This document shows, in pieces, positions 1 through 12,840 of a stretch of DNA of 64,000 nt; within the stretch, counting starts at the first letter, position 1, and each line of letters starts with the position of its first letter. This stretch comes from Camelus ferus (Eukaryota), in contig NC_045697.1 of NCBI RefSeq assembly GCF_009834535.1, positions 95,358,001 through 95,422,000 on the forward strand, written 5' to 3'. Under the pieces are notes generated by a model that ran no database searches, had not been told where the DNA came from, and saw only the letters and a program-made list of their open reading frames with translations. The translations under genes and the position numbers were made by a program.

Positions 1-379
1 TTAAGAAAATTGTAGATAGATAGAAAGTAGGAATAAATTATCCCAAGCTGTCTTTAAAATCAGGTGTATGTAGTTACACTATGTTAGATTAAAAAAACAG
101 ATGAAGTTTAGGTGAAATTTTGCAAATGTAAAAATTTTTATAATACATTTCCTAAATAACATAATTTAAAAATTAAAATACACTATCTGTTGAATAAAAA
201 AGAAAATAGACAGCACTTTAATAAATGAAAGTAAATTTTGAATCTCAATTAGAAAATATTTTGGTACACTTAAAATTACAATTTTGAAGACCTAAAGCAA
301 TTGAAATAGAAATTTTCTATACCTTAAACAATAACTTTCTTTTAAAACCTCTACCTGGCATGATAGTGGATGTTAATAT

Positions 380-520
380 TCTTTTGTTCATTCAATACTT
401 ATTGCAATAACTAATTATAGAGTCCCTCCTATGTTCCAGGTAATGTTCTGAGGTCTGGGGATAAAGCAGTGGTGATAAAATAATCTCCCTAAGCTCTGGA
501 GCTGACATTCTGGTGGATTC
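380..520 (-). mobile_element. L2 LINE 3' end fragment
   Basis: ttcattcaatacttattg...tcctatgttccaggtaatgttctgaggtctggggataaagcagtg...ctggagctgacattctggtgg matches the recalled antisense L2 3' tail. Confidence 0.7.
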
Positions 521-699
521 ATATATATCAGTGACTCTTCAACACATTTATTTTTCTATCTATACACGCAAAAGCAAGTGCAAGTAATTGTCAGATGGTA
601 TAGTAATCTTGACGTTGTATGAAGCAAATGTTGTTATGGATTTATTCTCTCATTTATATTGTCTACAACACTTTGGCTTATAGATATCTATATACTCAA

Positions 700-1050
700 C
701 TCTCATATTGGAGACATCATCTCAGACACAGAATTGAGTGAAAATTTTCATCATGATGATATTAGAGCATTTATCTGATGTGTTAAGATTGCCCCCAAAG
801 TCTCCATTTTTCATTGTGTGGAAATAAAATTGGCATTTCTATGGCATTTGAGTTAGCATTAGGTTTTTATATTACGCATAGTGCGGTTATGAACTTTCTC
901 AAATATCTTCTAGTAAATGTGTACAAGAGTTTCTCTTAGGTTTATATATGAGTATGATGAATCATATGGAATAGGAACGATCAATTCTATACAGTATTGC
1001 CAAAATGTTTAATCAAATTTTTATGAAGGTAAATTACAAAAAGGTTGTAA
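700..1050 (-). mobile_element. Old L1 (L1ME-like) fragment
   Basis: tattacgcatagtgcggttatgaac...tgtacaagagtttctcttaggtttatat is the typical antisense ORF2-end/3'UTR pattern. Confidence 0.5.
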
Positions 1051-1187
1051 AGTGTGAACAGATTATTAATAGAAGAGAATGAAATGGAAAAGAAAATCGT
1101 TTCAGAAGAGTGCCCAGGTGTGAAGTGAACTTATAGTAAATATGTTTCAGGCAAATACCAACCATAACTGTCTAACCAACAATGGTG

Positions 1188-1610
1188 GTTTTTTTCTTTT
1201 TTTTTTTTTATGTAAATATTTTTATTGAAGTATAGTCAGTTTACAATGTGTCAATTTCTGGTGTACAACGAAATGCTTCAGTCATACGTGAACATACATA
1301 TATTCCTTTTCATAATCTTTTTCATCATAAGTTACTACAAGATATTAAATATAGTCCCCTATATATTTATGCAGTATAAACTTGTTGTTTATCTATTTTA
1401 TATATATTATTATCTGCAAATCTCAAACTCCTAGTTTATCCCTTCCTGCCTCCTTCCCCCGTGGTAACCATAAGTTTGTTTTCTATGTCTGTGAGTCTGT
1501 TTCTGTTTTGTAAATATGTCTGTCTATTTTTTAGATTCCATATATAAGTGATATAAAGTATTTTTCTTTTTGGCTTACTTCACTTAGAATGACAATCTCC
1601 AGGTCCATCT
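1188..1610 (-). mobile_element. 5'-truncated lineage-specific L1 3' UTR with poly(A) tail
   Basis: T-run at 1189-1209, then ttgaagtatagtcagtttacaatg...ggtaaccataagtttgttttctatgtctgtgagtctg...ctccaggtccatc, resembling cetartiodactyl/camelid L1 3' ends. Confidence 0.85.
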
Positions 1611-2674
1611 GACAATGTTTTATTCCTTACGTTTTTCTCTGTCTTCCCCAATGCTGAAAATTAGATCTTGCTCTACCACCCCACCATTGTGACAGAGATT
1701 TAGAAGAGATGCCATTAGTTTTACTATACATTAAAAAATATGTACACATGTGTATGTGTGTATATGTATGTACCTATATACCAATCTCATCCTAGTAAAA
1801 TGAGTAGTCTAATATATGGTTTAACAATAATTTAAATCCTGAAGTTTGTCATTTGTATTCTTCAAAAAGTAAAAGTAAGAAAAGAATAGTTTAAAGATAA
1901 TGAAAAACTATGATACATTTTGTTAGAAAAGTCTGAGTATTATAATTTAAAGTATAAATTAAAAATAACATTATTAGGTATTACTTCTATTAATTAGCAA
2001 AATACCATATTAATTTGAAATAGAAACAGGTTACCTGGCAAACAAAAGTTAGGAAAGTAACCATTTTCTGAATCTACTACAGGAATTGTAATGTATTTTG
2101 AGGCATTTATACATTATCAGGAAGCTTAAATTAGGTAATAAAGACAATTATGGTTGATAATATGCTACTTAAATAGATGATTAATAATTTGTAAACTCAT
2201 AACATTTTATTAACAGGGTTGTAACAGCAACAAATTTTAATAAATCATTACAATTATTTATTATTACATAATCTATAGAACATTCTTTTATATCATTTCT
2301 GTTGCTCAAATTCTGCTGACAATAGCCTCTTCATTGATGTTACAAAAAAAAAATTGGTTATAAAGCACAAGGCTAGTTGTATTTTAAGAACAACTTTCCA
2401 AGAGCCATTTTCCATTATAAAACTCAAATAAACCATAAAGAACACAAAACAACCAAAAATAACCAGTACCTAAAGCCCTAATTTCAACTGAAGAATTCAG
2501 GAATAAATTCTGACCTGTAAATCAGAAATCTAATTACAAGAATTGATACTAACATCATTGTGCAGAAAAAAAAAATCAGAGTTCTGTTCCAAAGCGACTA
2601 TAAAAGTAATCTTTGACAATGATTTATTTCTATATTTTAAGTGGGCATGCTTTAAGATTTTGAATTTAAGTTAT

Positions 2675-3210
2675 GTTGCTGCATCAGCCAGAAAACAGAA
2701 TACATGGTAAATCTTTAAACAGAAGGTATTTCATTTGACATAGGCTAGGTAACTGTTACAGTACTGACACCAGACCAAAAACACGGAGTGACACCATGGG
2801 AATTGCAGGGAGCAGCTATGAGCCCGAAGTTTGGAGATATAAGGGGGAAAGGTTGAGTTCATCAGGTTTTAGTGCGGTGGGGGAAACAGCTTTCAGAGCT
2901 GGAGCTCAGGCTGCTGCTGGCCCTTTTGAGGGAGTGCAGTAAGGCTTGTTCTAGTAATGCTAAGAGAAGCCAGAGGCTAGGACCACCAAATTGCTGAAGA
3001 GATTTCTTGTGGGACCAACAGCAAAAAAATAATAATGTCTCCTGTTCTCCTTCCACCTTTCAGTCACTCTCTAAATCCCGTGTCATCACAGTCTAACCAG
3101 AAGTCAGCTGTCAGCCTAGACACGTAGTTTGCAGAATCTCAGTCTCAGCATTTACCGAGCAGAGCATAGAAAAATGGAATTGTGACTTAGAAGCAATAGT
3201 TTTATAAACC
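2675..3210 (-). mobile_element. Ancient MaLR-type (MLT1-family) LTR
   Basis: ctaaccagaagtcagctg...gtagtttgcagaatctcagtctcagcatt...gagcagagcataga resembles old MLT1 LTR termini. Confidence 0.55.
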
Positions 3211-3329
3211 ATAATTTCATATTGGTTTCTATTGTATTATATTCTCACAGTTTATTTTCATCCATATAAGGAAAAGTTTATTGCTTTTTAAGGTTTGACC
3301 CTGAAAGGTATTTGAATATTTGACTCCTC

Positions 3330-3770
3330 CTGTCAAGTTTCTCTTTTCATTCTCATCGCTTGTCAATCTCTCTCTTCTTTCTTCTGCCCAGTCACATACT
3401 TTCACTATTTTCCTGGCAGATTAAGTTCTAGAATATGTCATTCTGTTTCTCACATTTGCACATCCTTCTTGGTCTGCATGGGATTCTCCTCCCTCTTCTG
3501 CAGCTGGTAAACTCCTCTATGTCCTTCAGGACACAGCTAAGATGTCACTATCCTTAACTTTGAGAAACAGGTGCCCCTCTTATTGACTATGATGACATCA
3601 TCTGCTTACCTCTACTGTAGAATATGAAACACAGGACTGCAATGGACCCATTTTTTAGCCCTCTCTTTCAATAGACCATAAGCTACTTGAGTGAAGTGAC
3701 CACCTTCTGTTCATCTTAATTCTGTAAAATATAATATATTCAATATATATATTTGATTTTGAATCAGGAT
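3330..3770 (+). mobile_element. L2 3' fragment
   Basis: aaactcctctatgtccttcaggacacagct...tagaccataagctacttgagtgaagtgaccaccttctgttcatc. Confidence 0.6.
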
Positions 3771-5586
3771 ATCATATGCACACCATAAGGGCTAATATGG
3801 TTGCTGTGTTTGAACACCGAATTTGTTCATTAATTTTATGGAAGGGAAGGGGAAAAAAAGCAGCAAGATAAATTGAAGCTACACTCTTATGTTTACTGGG
3901 AAAGGTGAGAAGAATACCAATAAATAAAAAGGCTTGAAAAATGCATTAAATATCAACGAGCAAGCTTATCTGAGTGCAAAAGAATGCAGGAGCAAAAACA
4001 GTATCATAACTAAAATATATTATCGATGTCTATTTTTTCCTGTTTCTTAGAACATAGCTATCAATTGGAAGCAATAAGAAGAACATAACACACAGTGGAA
4101 TCAACCAAGTGATCTCATAAGACAAAATTACCGGCCAATGGCAGAGCATATTCTTTTGATATCTGAAAAAAAGGCAATTGGTTTTGCACTTAGTTAAAAA
4201 AAAGAAATAGTGGAGGAATAAGATAGTAGGAGAATAAAAGAGCATGAGAAAGAAAAACAGAGTCAAAAGGAATAATAAACATTAGAAAGAGTGAATGAAA
4301 TAGCAAAAGAGAGAAAAGAAGAGGATGATCTGGCATGTTTCAGATGGGCCACCATCTGTTAGAATGCCAACTGGTGTGCTAAGTCCTTTTAGATGAGACC
4401 CCGAGAAGATCTGGAGCATCTGAAACAAATAAGTTGTATCTGATTCTACATAAATTCAACTTTAGCCAGATTGCCTTTTTAGGCAATATTATCTGTTAGA
4501 GTACAACTATTTCTTAAACCGTTTCACTTCTCTTTTGCAAATGTTATATGAAATTTAAACTGCTAATATTTTTAATCTTGATTTACAACCTTCATTCCTC
4601 ATGCATAATGATAGGCTTTATAATTGAGGGAATACGCCATTTTATTGACATGTCAGGCCATTAGAAAAGCTCATTTTTGCTACTCTAACAAAGAGAAAGA
4701 GAAGTAAAATTTTGCATCTGAAGAAGACTTTTAAAAACGAGGATGATAGGCAGCTCGTATTCCTTGGAGACTAAATCAGGATTGTTAGAGATAAAAACAT
4801 TCTCAGGAACCTTGACCCTCTTTTTCTCTCTCTCACCTTTAATCCCAAACTGGCTATTTCACTTTCAAATACCTTGAGGCTAATTATTTCCTGATTGATC
4901 TTCTTAAATGAGCTTTTCACTGCCTCAACTAGTGGCTGTGTGCCCCTCCCTAAATCTTTTGTCCGACTTGCTTATATAAAGATATATCCCCCAGAGGTGA
5001 CTTTAGTTTTCTGTTAAATAGGTCAGCCTGAAACAGAATTGAGACCAAGAACTCAAAACTTTTATGGAATTAAAATCTGATGTTATATCTATGTTACTAT
5101 GGTGTGTGTTTCAGAGAACGAGAATGGGATATGAATATGGATTCCTGTAACAGCAGAGCCAAACTACCTGGGGAGTTAGTCTTGACAACAAATAGGTTGC
5201 TCAGCTTACCAGTTTTGAAAGTGAACACATTTGCAATGGGATTTCTATACTAGTCACTAAATAAATGCAGTGACCTTCAATGACATAATGTACGTTTGCC
5301 TTTCTTGCACTTCAACTATTGAAATTCTATCATTCATATTAAGACTGAGTTCAGAGAAAACATTTGTAAAATTTCACTTTCTGCTGAATTCTATTATACT
5401 TTTGCCTAACTATTCTCAGTTAAATGTGGAAACTTTATTTTTAATTGTTGTTTGACCATATATAGAACATTGGACAACCATACATGGTTTTCCAGACAAA
5501 TACTACTTAAACTACATTATAGTGATGCATTTCTCTTAAAAGCTAGATAAAGAGAGGTATTTTCTCTTGGCCCCATGTATAGACAT

Positions 5587-6540
5587 CAGGCTGGCTTTCT
5601 AGGTGTGTGATCAGTGCAGCTGCACAGGGCCCCACACTCAAAAGGCCTTCCATGCTTGGGATTAAATGCTCTCTGTTCACTATCTTGAAACTCATAATAA
5701 TTTTACCTTTGAACTTGATCTCTAAGTGAATTCCAATGGGATAATAAACATGCCCCAGGACTTGGTCACTTGGTTCACCATAGTCCCACTCATCTTCCAA
5801 CTCCTCCTTTTGTCTTCCCAGGATGCGTTCTTGACAACTTTTTTTCCCACCTCTTGGTGTCCCAGGATCTGCTTGGTTCCCCACTATCTGTCTCTGTCCC
5901 AAGACTTCTACTACTGTCTACCCCTGACTTGTTCCTGTAGGCAAGGGGTGGGGTAGAGGAAGCCTGTGTTCTGCTATTGCCTCCTATCCCACTCTGGGAA
6001 TTGGGTACAGACATTGGGAGGGGAGAAATCAGACCTACATACTCCATGGTATCTCAGAAAGGAGGTGGTTGCCATCTGCCCCCTGGGCTGACAGTGTCAT
6101 AGACTGTTTGATGAGCATCTTTGAGCCTCTAGCTTACCCCTGGTCTGGGTGTTAACAGGGCAGTTCCTGGCGTGAAGGTTGCAATCACTTAGTGGTCACC
6201 CTTGCACTGAGGATTAAGGTGATGGTTCATTGGAAGGGGAAATTGATTTCATAACCCAAGTAGGACACAATGCTTCAGCCCAGCAGATGGCAGGAGGAGG
6301 AACCTGGCAGCTGGTGGGTCACCTGCATGCCTGGGTAAAAATTCCTGTGACTAAAGGGGCATAGCATTAAATGTTGAATAAAAAATACTGACAAATGCTA
6401 CAGATAGACACTGGATGCCGTATTGTTAATGATCAAATGCAGTAGAAATCTGAATTCTATGTAAAACGCATATGTTACAAAATGCAAACATGGTATTACA
6501 ATACTATTAATATCAGATTCACACTGTCTTGTAGAAATTT
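5587..6540. mobile_element. hAT DNA transposon remnant (MER53-like terminus)
   Basis: caggctggcttt...gtgcagctgcacagggccccacactcaaaaggcc...aatgctctctgttcactatcttgaaactcataataatttt matches the recalled MER53-type end; right boundary uncertain. Confidence 0.55.
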
Positions 6541-6551
6541 CAAAGTCAGTG

Positions 6552-7241
6552 TCCAGAACCGTTAAGATTTGAACAAGAAAGTGGAACCAGTATGAGTGAT
6601 ATATGATCTTCAAACATACAAAATATGTATGAATTATACACACTTCGTACAAAATTACATAAATTATTGTAAAGATTGGGCTTTACACAGTTGTGGGAGC
6701 TGGTAATGAAGTCTATAAAGGGCTGTCCCTCTGCGTGTGTTGGTGAGCATGAAGGTCCTGTAGGTCAGCAGAGTTCGCAGTTACTAAGAAAAGTTGGATG
6801 TGAAGCAATGGATAGTGAGGATAAATTAGAACTCACGAGGACAATCTGAAACCTGCAAGGATGAACTGAAACCACTGTACCCAATTATCAGTGATATGGT
6901 TAACCTACAGAAGAAGCCAGAATCCTTTGCTACAGGGCTACACCAGTTCCCAACTTAGAGGCTGAGTTACTGCTAGAGATGAGGAATTGGCTGTGGACCC
7001 ACCTGTTGTCCCATATCACCAAGGTGAGCCAACACAAGTGGGAAAATGTGTTGAGTTACAGTGATACTCGGCATGCCGTAACACTCTCACCTTGCAATGG
7101 CTGCTGCTTCACTTCCAACTTTAAAATTTCACACAAACTTCTCATGTGACCACCCTTTATATGGAGCCACCAAAGGAAAAAATAAGTTCTTATAATTATA
7201 GTTGCAACTTAGGTAAGTAAATAAGGCATAAAGTTACTATA
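6552..7241 (-). mobile_element. ERVL-class solo LTR (LTR41/LTR52-like by recollection) containing an APOA4-like segment
   Basis: ctttacacagttgtgggagctggtaatgaagtcta...gtaggtcagcag...; end tagttgcaacttaggtaagt; internal 6899-7050 resembles APOA4 coding sequence. Confidence 0.65.
6899..7050 (+). pseudogene. Degenerate apolipoprotein A-IV-like coding fragment inside an LTR
   Basis: 6902-6943 translates NLQKKPESFATGLH (APOA4 DLQKKLVPFATELH); 6991-7050 translates LWTHLLSHITKVSQHKWENV (APOA4 LRARLLPHANEVSQKIGDNL); stop and frameshift between the blocks. Confidence 0.65.
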
Positions 7242-7634
7242 GAGTCCAGATTCTATAACAAGTGTATCAGTGTTCTAGGATATTAGTAATTAGATATATT
7301 TGATTAGAAAGATTTCTTTAAAAAAATTATGCCATGAAACTCATTTGCTATGTCTTGTGAGGAAGATATGAGGGATTCTATTCCCTAAATGCAAAATTAG
7401 TGGAGAGGCTTCAAGTGGACTAGCCATTGAATTGATAGACACTTTTTGTGGCTGGATAGATGCAGAGGAAGTGTATGACTCCCATGTTAGAAAAAGAACA
7501 TGACTTAATCAACAGAATAAAAGCTGGTGTCAGGGAAATAACTGTATTGCCTTCTGACAGCAGATCGAATACACATGAATCCTGGACATCAGATGAAACA
7601 ATCATAGTAGGAATGAAAAGAGATCCTATCTGAG

Positions 7635-8440
7635 ATGGTTTCTTAGATTAGGTTCCTGAGAAGAAAAATCTAAGATGAAGAATTTTGTTCAAGTGATTTA
7701 TTAGTGGAGTGCTTTCAATGAAAGAGGGGGTTGATTAGGGCTCTATGCTGTGTAATAGATTACCACAAAGTGAGCTGATTGAAACAACACTTACCTATGA
7801 CCGCAGTTTCTATAAGTCAGAAGTCTGAGCATAGCTTAGTTGAGGTCTCTGTTCAAGGTCTCCAACTGAAACCACATCCTGAAGGATAGTGTCCCATATT
7901 TACAAAGTCTCATCTCTAAGCTGGTAAATCAGCTGTACCTTTAAGAAGCCATTCCCTCCCACCAAATGTCTAGCAGCTTGTGAATGGTGTGCTATGTGGT
8001 AGGGCCAGTTAATTAAATGTTCTGTAAGCACTGCTGTGTTTCCTCAGCTGTAAATTTGTCCCTTTAGGCCGAGGAGATATCGTTCAAGATCTCGTAAGAC
8101 TCTCGTGAATACACACAATGACATAGTTTGGGAAGGAAAGGCAAACCTATGCCCGTCCCAGTCAGAAGGAAAATTTGCCAGTTCCAGGGCTGCAGGTGAC
8201 TGATACTACGATTTTCTATCAAGTGGTTGGCTGATCTCTGCATAAGTTGGTTTCAGGGTCAGCATTGGTCTCCATTGCTTTAGGACACAAACTCAGGAGT
8301 GGCAGTCACCAAATCCATCTTGAGCGACCTGATGCTGTTAAGCCCATGCATAGCTTCCATTACTGCCACCACAATAAATTCACCCTCCCTCAAGAACAAA
8401 GGAAAAATCCACAACAATCCAGCAGTTAGAGGCCATGGAA
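7635..8440 (-). mobile_element. Mosaic of ERVL/MaLR LTR fragments and MaLR/ERVL internal sequence
   Basis: ttaggttcctgagaag...ttcaagtgattttattag (LTR16/33-like); tgctgtgtaatagattaccacaaag...gaaacaacac...gtcagaagtctgagcatagcttag (MLT1); aagcccatgcatagcttccattactgccacc (internal). Confidence 0.55.
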
Positions 8441-9352
8441 TGTACTAAAAGGGACAGATATTTAGGTAGAATTGGACTGGCCAGCTAAAAAAAGTAGTGT
8501 TGCTTTTGTCTAGAAAGTTATTATGGAGAGGCCCAAGGCCTCTGAAGAATCTATATGCATTATCTAAAGTGTAATCTAAATAAGTTTCTTGCTGAGAAGG
8601 AGGCAAAGAAATCCTTCAGTGGAGCTAAATTATTCCCTTCCTTCCCTATGTTTCAACTCGAGAGATATCAGGAAATGTAAGTGAAAAAGAGAAGCTGTTA
8701 ATTTGCATTCAGGCTAGGAGTTTGGACTATCAGTTCTGAAACATTTTGCTTACTAAATTGAGACTATATTTGTAATTTAAATTGACTGTAGGTCTCGGAA
8801 TTGCTTATGAGTGACCAGAAAAGACATGAGCATGTGGGAGATTTTATTCACTGTCAGGGGGAGAACTACCAACTACGTCCCCAAGAGTCTTGTTTAGCTC
8901 AAGCTATTGACTACATAACTATGTCCCACAGATTAACAATTGACGACATTTCTAAAAATGAAATGAGACAACATAAGATGTAAGTGCCTTTCTTAGGCAG
9001 AGTCTAGACTGGCAAAGACCAAACACTAGAGGAGATGAAGCCAAGAAGTGATTGACCAGGAAGCCACAGAATTAGCAATGACCTCACATTGCACCTAGCC
9101 CTGACCTCAAACAGGATTACTTAGAGAAGATAAGAAAGTTAATTCAGAGAACATTAAAGAATTTTGTCAAGATGGCTTGATTCTTGGTCCTATTTTAGGG
9201 AAAGGGTAATGCTTAGGCCTCATTTTTTTTTTTGTAAGCCCTCTTTTCTCCTACTGTCCAATAGTTGTGCGTAAAGGAACAATATTTGATGCAAAACGTA
9301 CATGATTTCTAGGCAGCTCTTTGTAGCTTTTGCCACTCACCATGTGCACTAT

Positions 9353-9387
9353 TTTCAATCCATGAAAACCCATTTCATGGATTGAAA
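9353..9387. repeat. Perfect 15-bp inverted repeat with 5-nt spacer
   Basis: tttcaatccatgaaa-accca-tttcatggattgaaa. Confidence 0.95.
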
Positions 9388-10959
9388 GGGTAAACTTATG
9401 AAACATGCTCTAATTATATGTCACTGCGTTAGGACAATGAAACTAAGAACTGATTTAGGTTGTACAATATATACAGGTGCCCTGCAACTAGACCAAAGTA
9501 ATCAAGTGAATGAAATGAATATCATACATCTCAAGTAGCATTCCAGGCTGCATATTATGTTATCCATCCCTTAACAGATCACACAGTAGCTATAAGTCTG
9601 TGGACATACTTCAGAGTCAGCATCCCTAGAAGTCAGATCTGATGGAAAATGTCATGCAAAATGCCGGAATCCTGCAGCTAAGTTCATGAAACGTAAACTT
9701 TAAATATAAATAGATATCTAGACAATGGATTAGTCATGAAAATCCAGGAAAAATCTTCTTTTGTTCTTTTATGTTTTCAAAAGGTACAGAGGTTTTAATT
9801 TGTTTTTATTTCTGTGAATAACCTTCTGTATCCAAAACACTTTTTAAAAAGATGCTGCTTAGTAGAAGTAACTTCAACAATAAGATACAACTCTTTTCTT
9901 CAGTGTTTATGTTTAAATCTCCTCATATATTTTGCCTCTCAGTTTTAAAATGTTTTCCACTACTGCTTAGTTGTTTTTTTCAAAATGGATTTTACAACTT
10001 AAAAATGAGACATTGTTATAATACTTTTCATTAGTCTCATCTACTTCTAAAAATCTTACTTTCATAAAAGTGTGTTGAATAAGTAGCCAAGGAATAGCTA
10101 ATCACTTGAGAAGAACACAGCTTAATCCTAAACAAAGAGCCAGACTGATCTAAAACTCCCGAGAGCCAACTTTGTAATCCTGGACATAAACTGATAACAA
10201 CTTCACAAGTCATTAACCCTAGAAAACAAATTATTTGAATAGACACATTTCTTCAAGAACAATACCTCATATTTTTGAGTTAACCAACTTTAATACAGAA
10301 AATTATTCATGAAGGTACAGTTGATTTTTTTCAGGTTTAAAAGGTGAATATGATTAATATCCTGACTGTACTTTGGTCATGTAGTTAAATTAGAACACAT
10401 TTTTAGCGATTAAGTCATAGTGTCATAAATATAACTTTTACATCACCGATTTATGGCCTAAAGAGCAAGAAAACAGATGCAAACTTTTCTGAAGACTATT
10501 GATTATAAAAAGGCAAAAAGTAAAGGTAAATATTTATTACTACTGTTGCCATGGAATAAGACTTTTGTGTATCTATCTATTCCATCTTCCATATTATCAC
10601 CCACTTTGTATTATAAACACCCACACAAATGTAGGTCTGAGTTTGCTTCTGCTATGATAGAGAAATAATATAAAATGATCAAAACATTGTAAGTATTTTT
10701 AAAAACTGATTGTAAATTAGAATTTATGGTAATATGTTATTAGATTATATACATAAGAGAGAAGCAATAGGATCTTATAAACAGAATATATTTTTATATT
10801 TGACATTGAGGTAATTTTTTAAATTTAAATATTATTTTCCAGAACTGATTGTCAAAAATTTTTAAAGCTTTTTTTACTTTCTGCACAGTTACCTATACTA
10901 CCTATATTATACCCCAAATGATTATTTAATATCTAATATTAGTGTATTTGTAAATTCAG

Positions 10960-11770
10960 TTAACAAATATTTTTTTCTTATTTACTCTGCCAGAAAATCC
11001 AGAATATAAGGATAAATAATCCAAAGCTACACAATTTCATGAGCTTGAATTCAAGTATAGGAGATAAAAATTACAATAAGGAAAGTATGCAAATCACCAT
11101 GAAAATTATATCATGTTCTTAGGATTTCAGAAGGTAATAGATTCTTCCAAGTGGATTTATGAGTGACTGTTTGAATTTAAAGATGCCCTTTGAGTGAGAC
11201 ATAAAACAATGGATCAGATTTTACTAAATGGATAGTGGGCATGTCAGGCAGAACTGATAGGATGTAGAAAGCTACAGAAGGGTTAACAAGTTAAGATTTG
11301 CTGCAGAATATCAAAAAGATCAAAAAGTACAACTTGTGTAAACTTTATAATAAGTTTCAGAGAGTAAGTGTGTTAAGAGTCAAAAGATAGCTTGACCAGG
11401 TTTGTGAAGGTTTCAATTCAGCAAGAAGTAGAATTATGTATATTCATATTATATGTATATATTATAAATATATATAACATAATGGTATATATTCACAGAC
11501 ATATACATATAAAATCATCTAAGTAGGAGTATTGCACAAAATAGATTTGGAGAGGTAAAAAAGAGACATAGGGAATATGGAGACTAATTTGCAATTTGTA
11601 GGCTATAGCAGTATTTTTGTGTTAATCACCTGAAGTGCAGGAGGAGGGGAGACTCCCAGGAGAAGAGGAGGCATCTTCCTTGTGAAAATAAAGGATGATG
11701 GTAAAGAGATAATTTGTGATGAGAGGGCAGGGTTGTAGTAGATTGTTTGAAATACAGATGAAGGTGGCCA
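10960..11770 (-). mobile_element. Degraded L2
   Basis: ttcagttaacaaatattt...ctctgccagaaaatcc... followed by purine-rich antisense L2 body. Confidence 0.5.
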
Positions 11771-12574
11771 GAAGATTCTTTGCTATAATCAATTTCCTTT
11801 TTAATAAACTATATGGTCTTTATAAGTATGTATGCCTTTGTGTATGTAGTTGTATGGGCCTTACATTTGTTTGTGGTTATCTCTGCTGTATGCTGAAGAG
11901 AAGTTGTGGGGAATGTTAATTTAAAGTTGGCTGGGAATAGATAATTGTTCAAAGTGATAGGGTTTCATGAAAGTTTTGTTGAGCATAATGAGTTCTTATA
12001 TGAAGATGTATTAAACTTCAGTTCCTAAATGTTGCTTTTTGTTGGTCACTTTTTGCATGATTTGATGGTTTTATAAATAAGTTGTTTCTTTTAAGTTTAT
12101 AATATTAAAAATGAATGTCGATATGCTGTGTTCTCTCCACAATTTTTGTATAAGCCTCCATGAATTCCACCAAGTTGCCTCTGCCAACTGGGATGTGACA
12201 GAAAATGGGTGGAAAGGAAGAAGTTCTATATTCTCTTCCCAGTCCTCTCTTATCAACCTGAGAAAATATGACTTCATATATTTCTATAATGAATTTCTCT
12301 AAGTTTTCCTTTGAACACAAAGACTTAAATAAGCAAATAAAACTTTGAAAACTACTGGTAATAGAGTTTCTTTACAGTAGAAAAATTGAAATCTTCAAAT
12401 ATATCAGGTAACAAAACAATATATTAGGTGCATGTCATCCACATGAAAGAGAAATGTTCAGAAAAACACAATAGTTTGAACCAAAAGAGCTGCAGAATAA
12501 TTGAAAATTACTGTTATTGTTGGAAGTGTCTGGAAGAATAATGTCAGGTCATTCTTTCATCCTAACCCTAAAGC

Positions 12575-12840
12575 ATTAGGGTGACCTTCTGCACAAGGTT
12601 CGTGCAAGGCTTAGGGCTTCAGAGGCTCCCTGCCCACCAAGATGCTTGTAGAATGGCCCACACAGGCTGCTGTCTTTGTGTGACCCAGGTGGCCTGCTCC
12701 CAGAGGAGCTATTATACTGCCCCCAGTCATACAACCGAGCTGCTTTGTATGCACATCACTTCAAAGAGGCACTTGCTTATTACTCTAGGGCACATGGGTT
12801 TATGTCGCAGTACAGAGTTGAATCAAAGTAGTTTTGTAAA
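12575..12840. mobile_element. Probable hAT-Tip100 (MER91/MER45-like) fragment
   Basis: GC-richer island starting agggtgaccttctgcacaagg with cagtcatacaacc motif. Confidence 0.35.
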
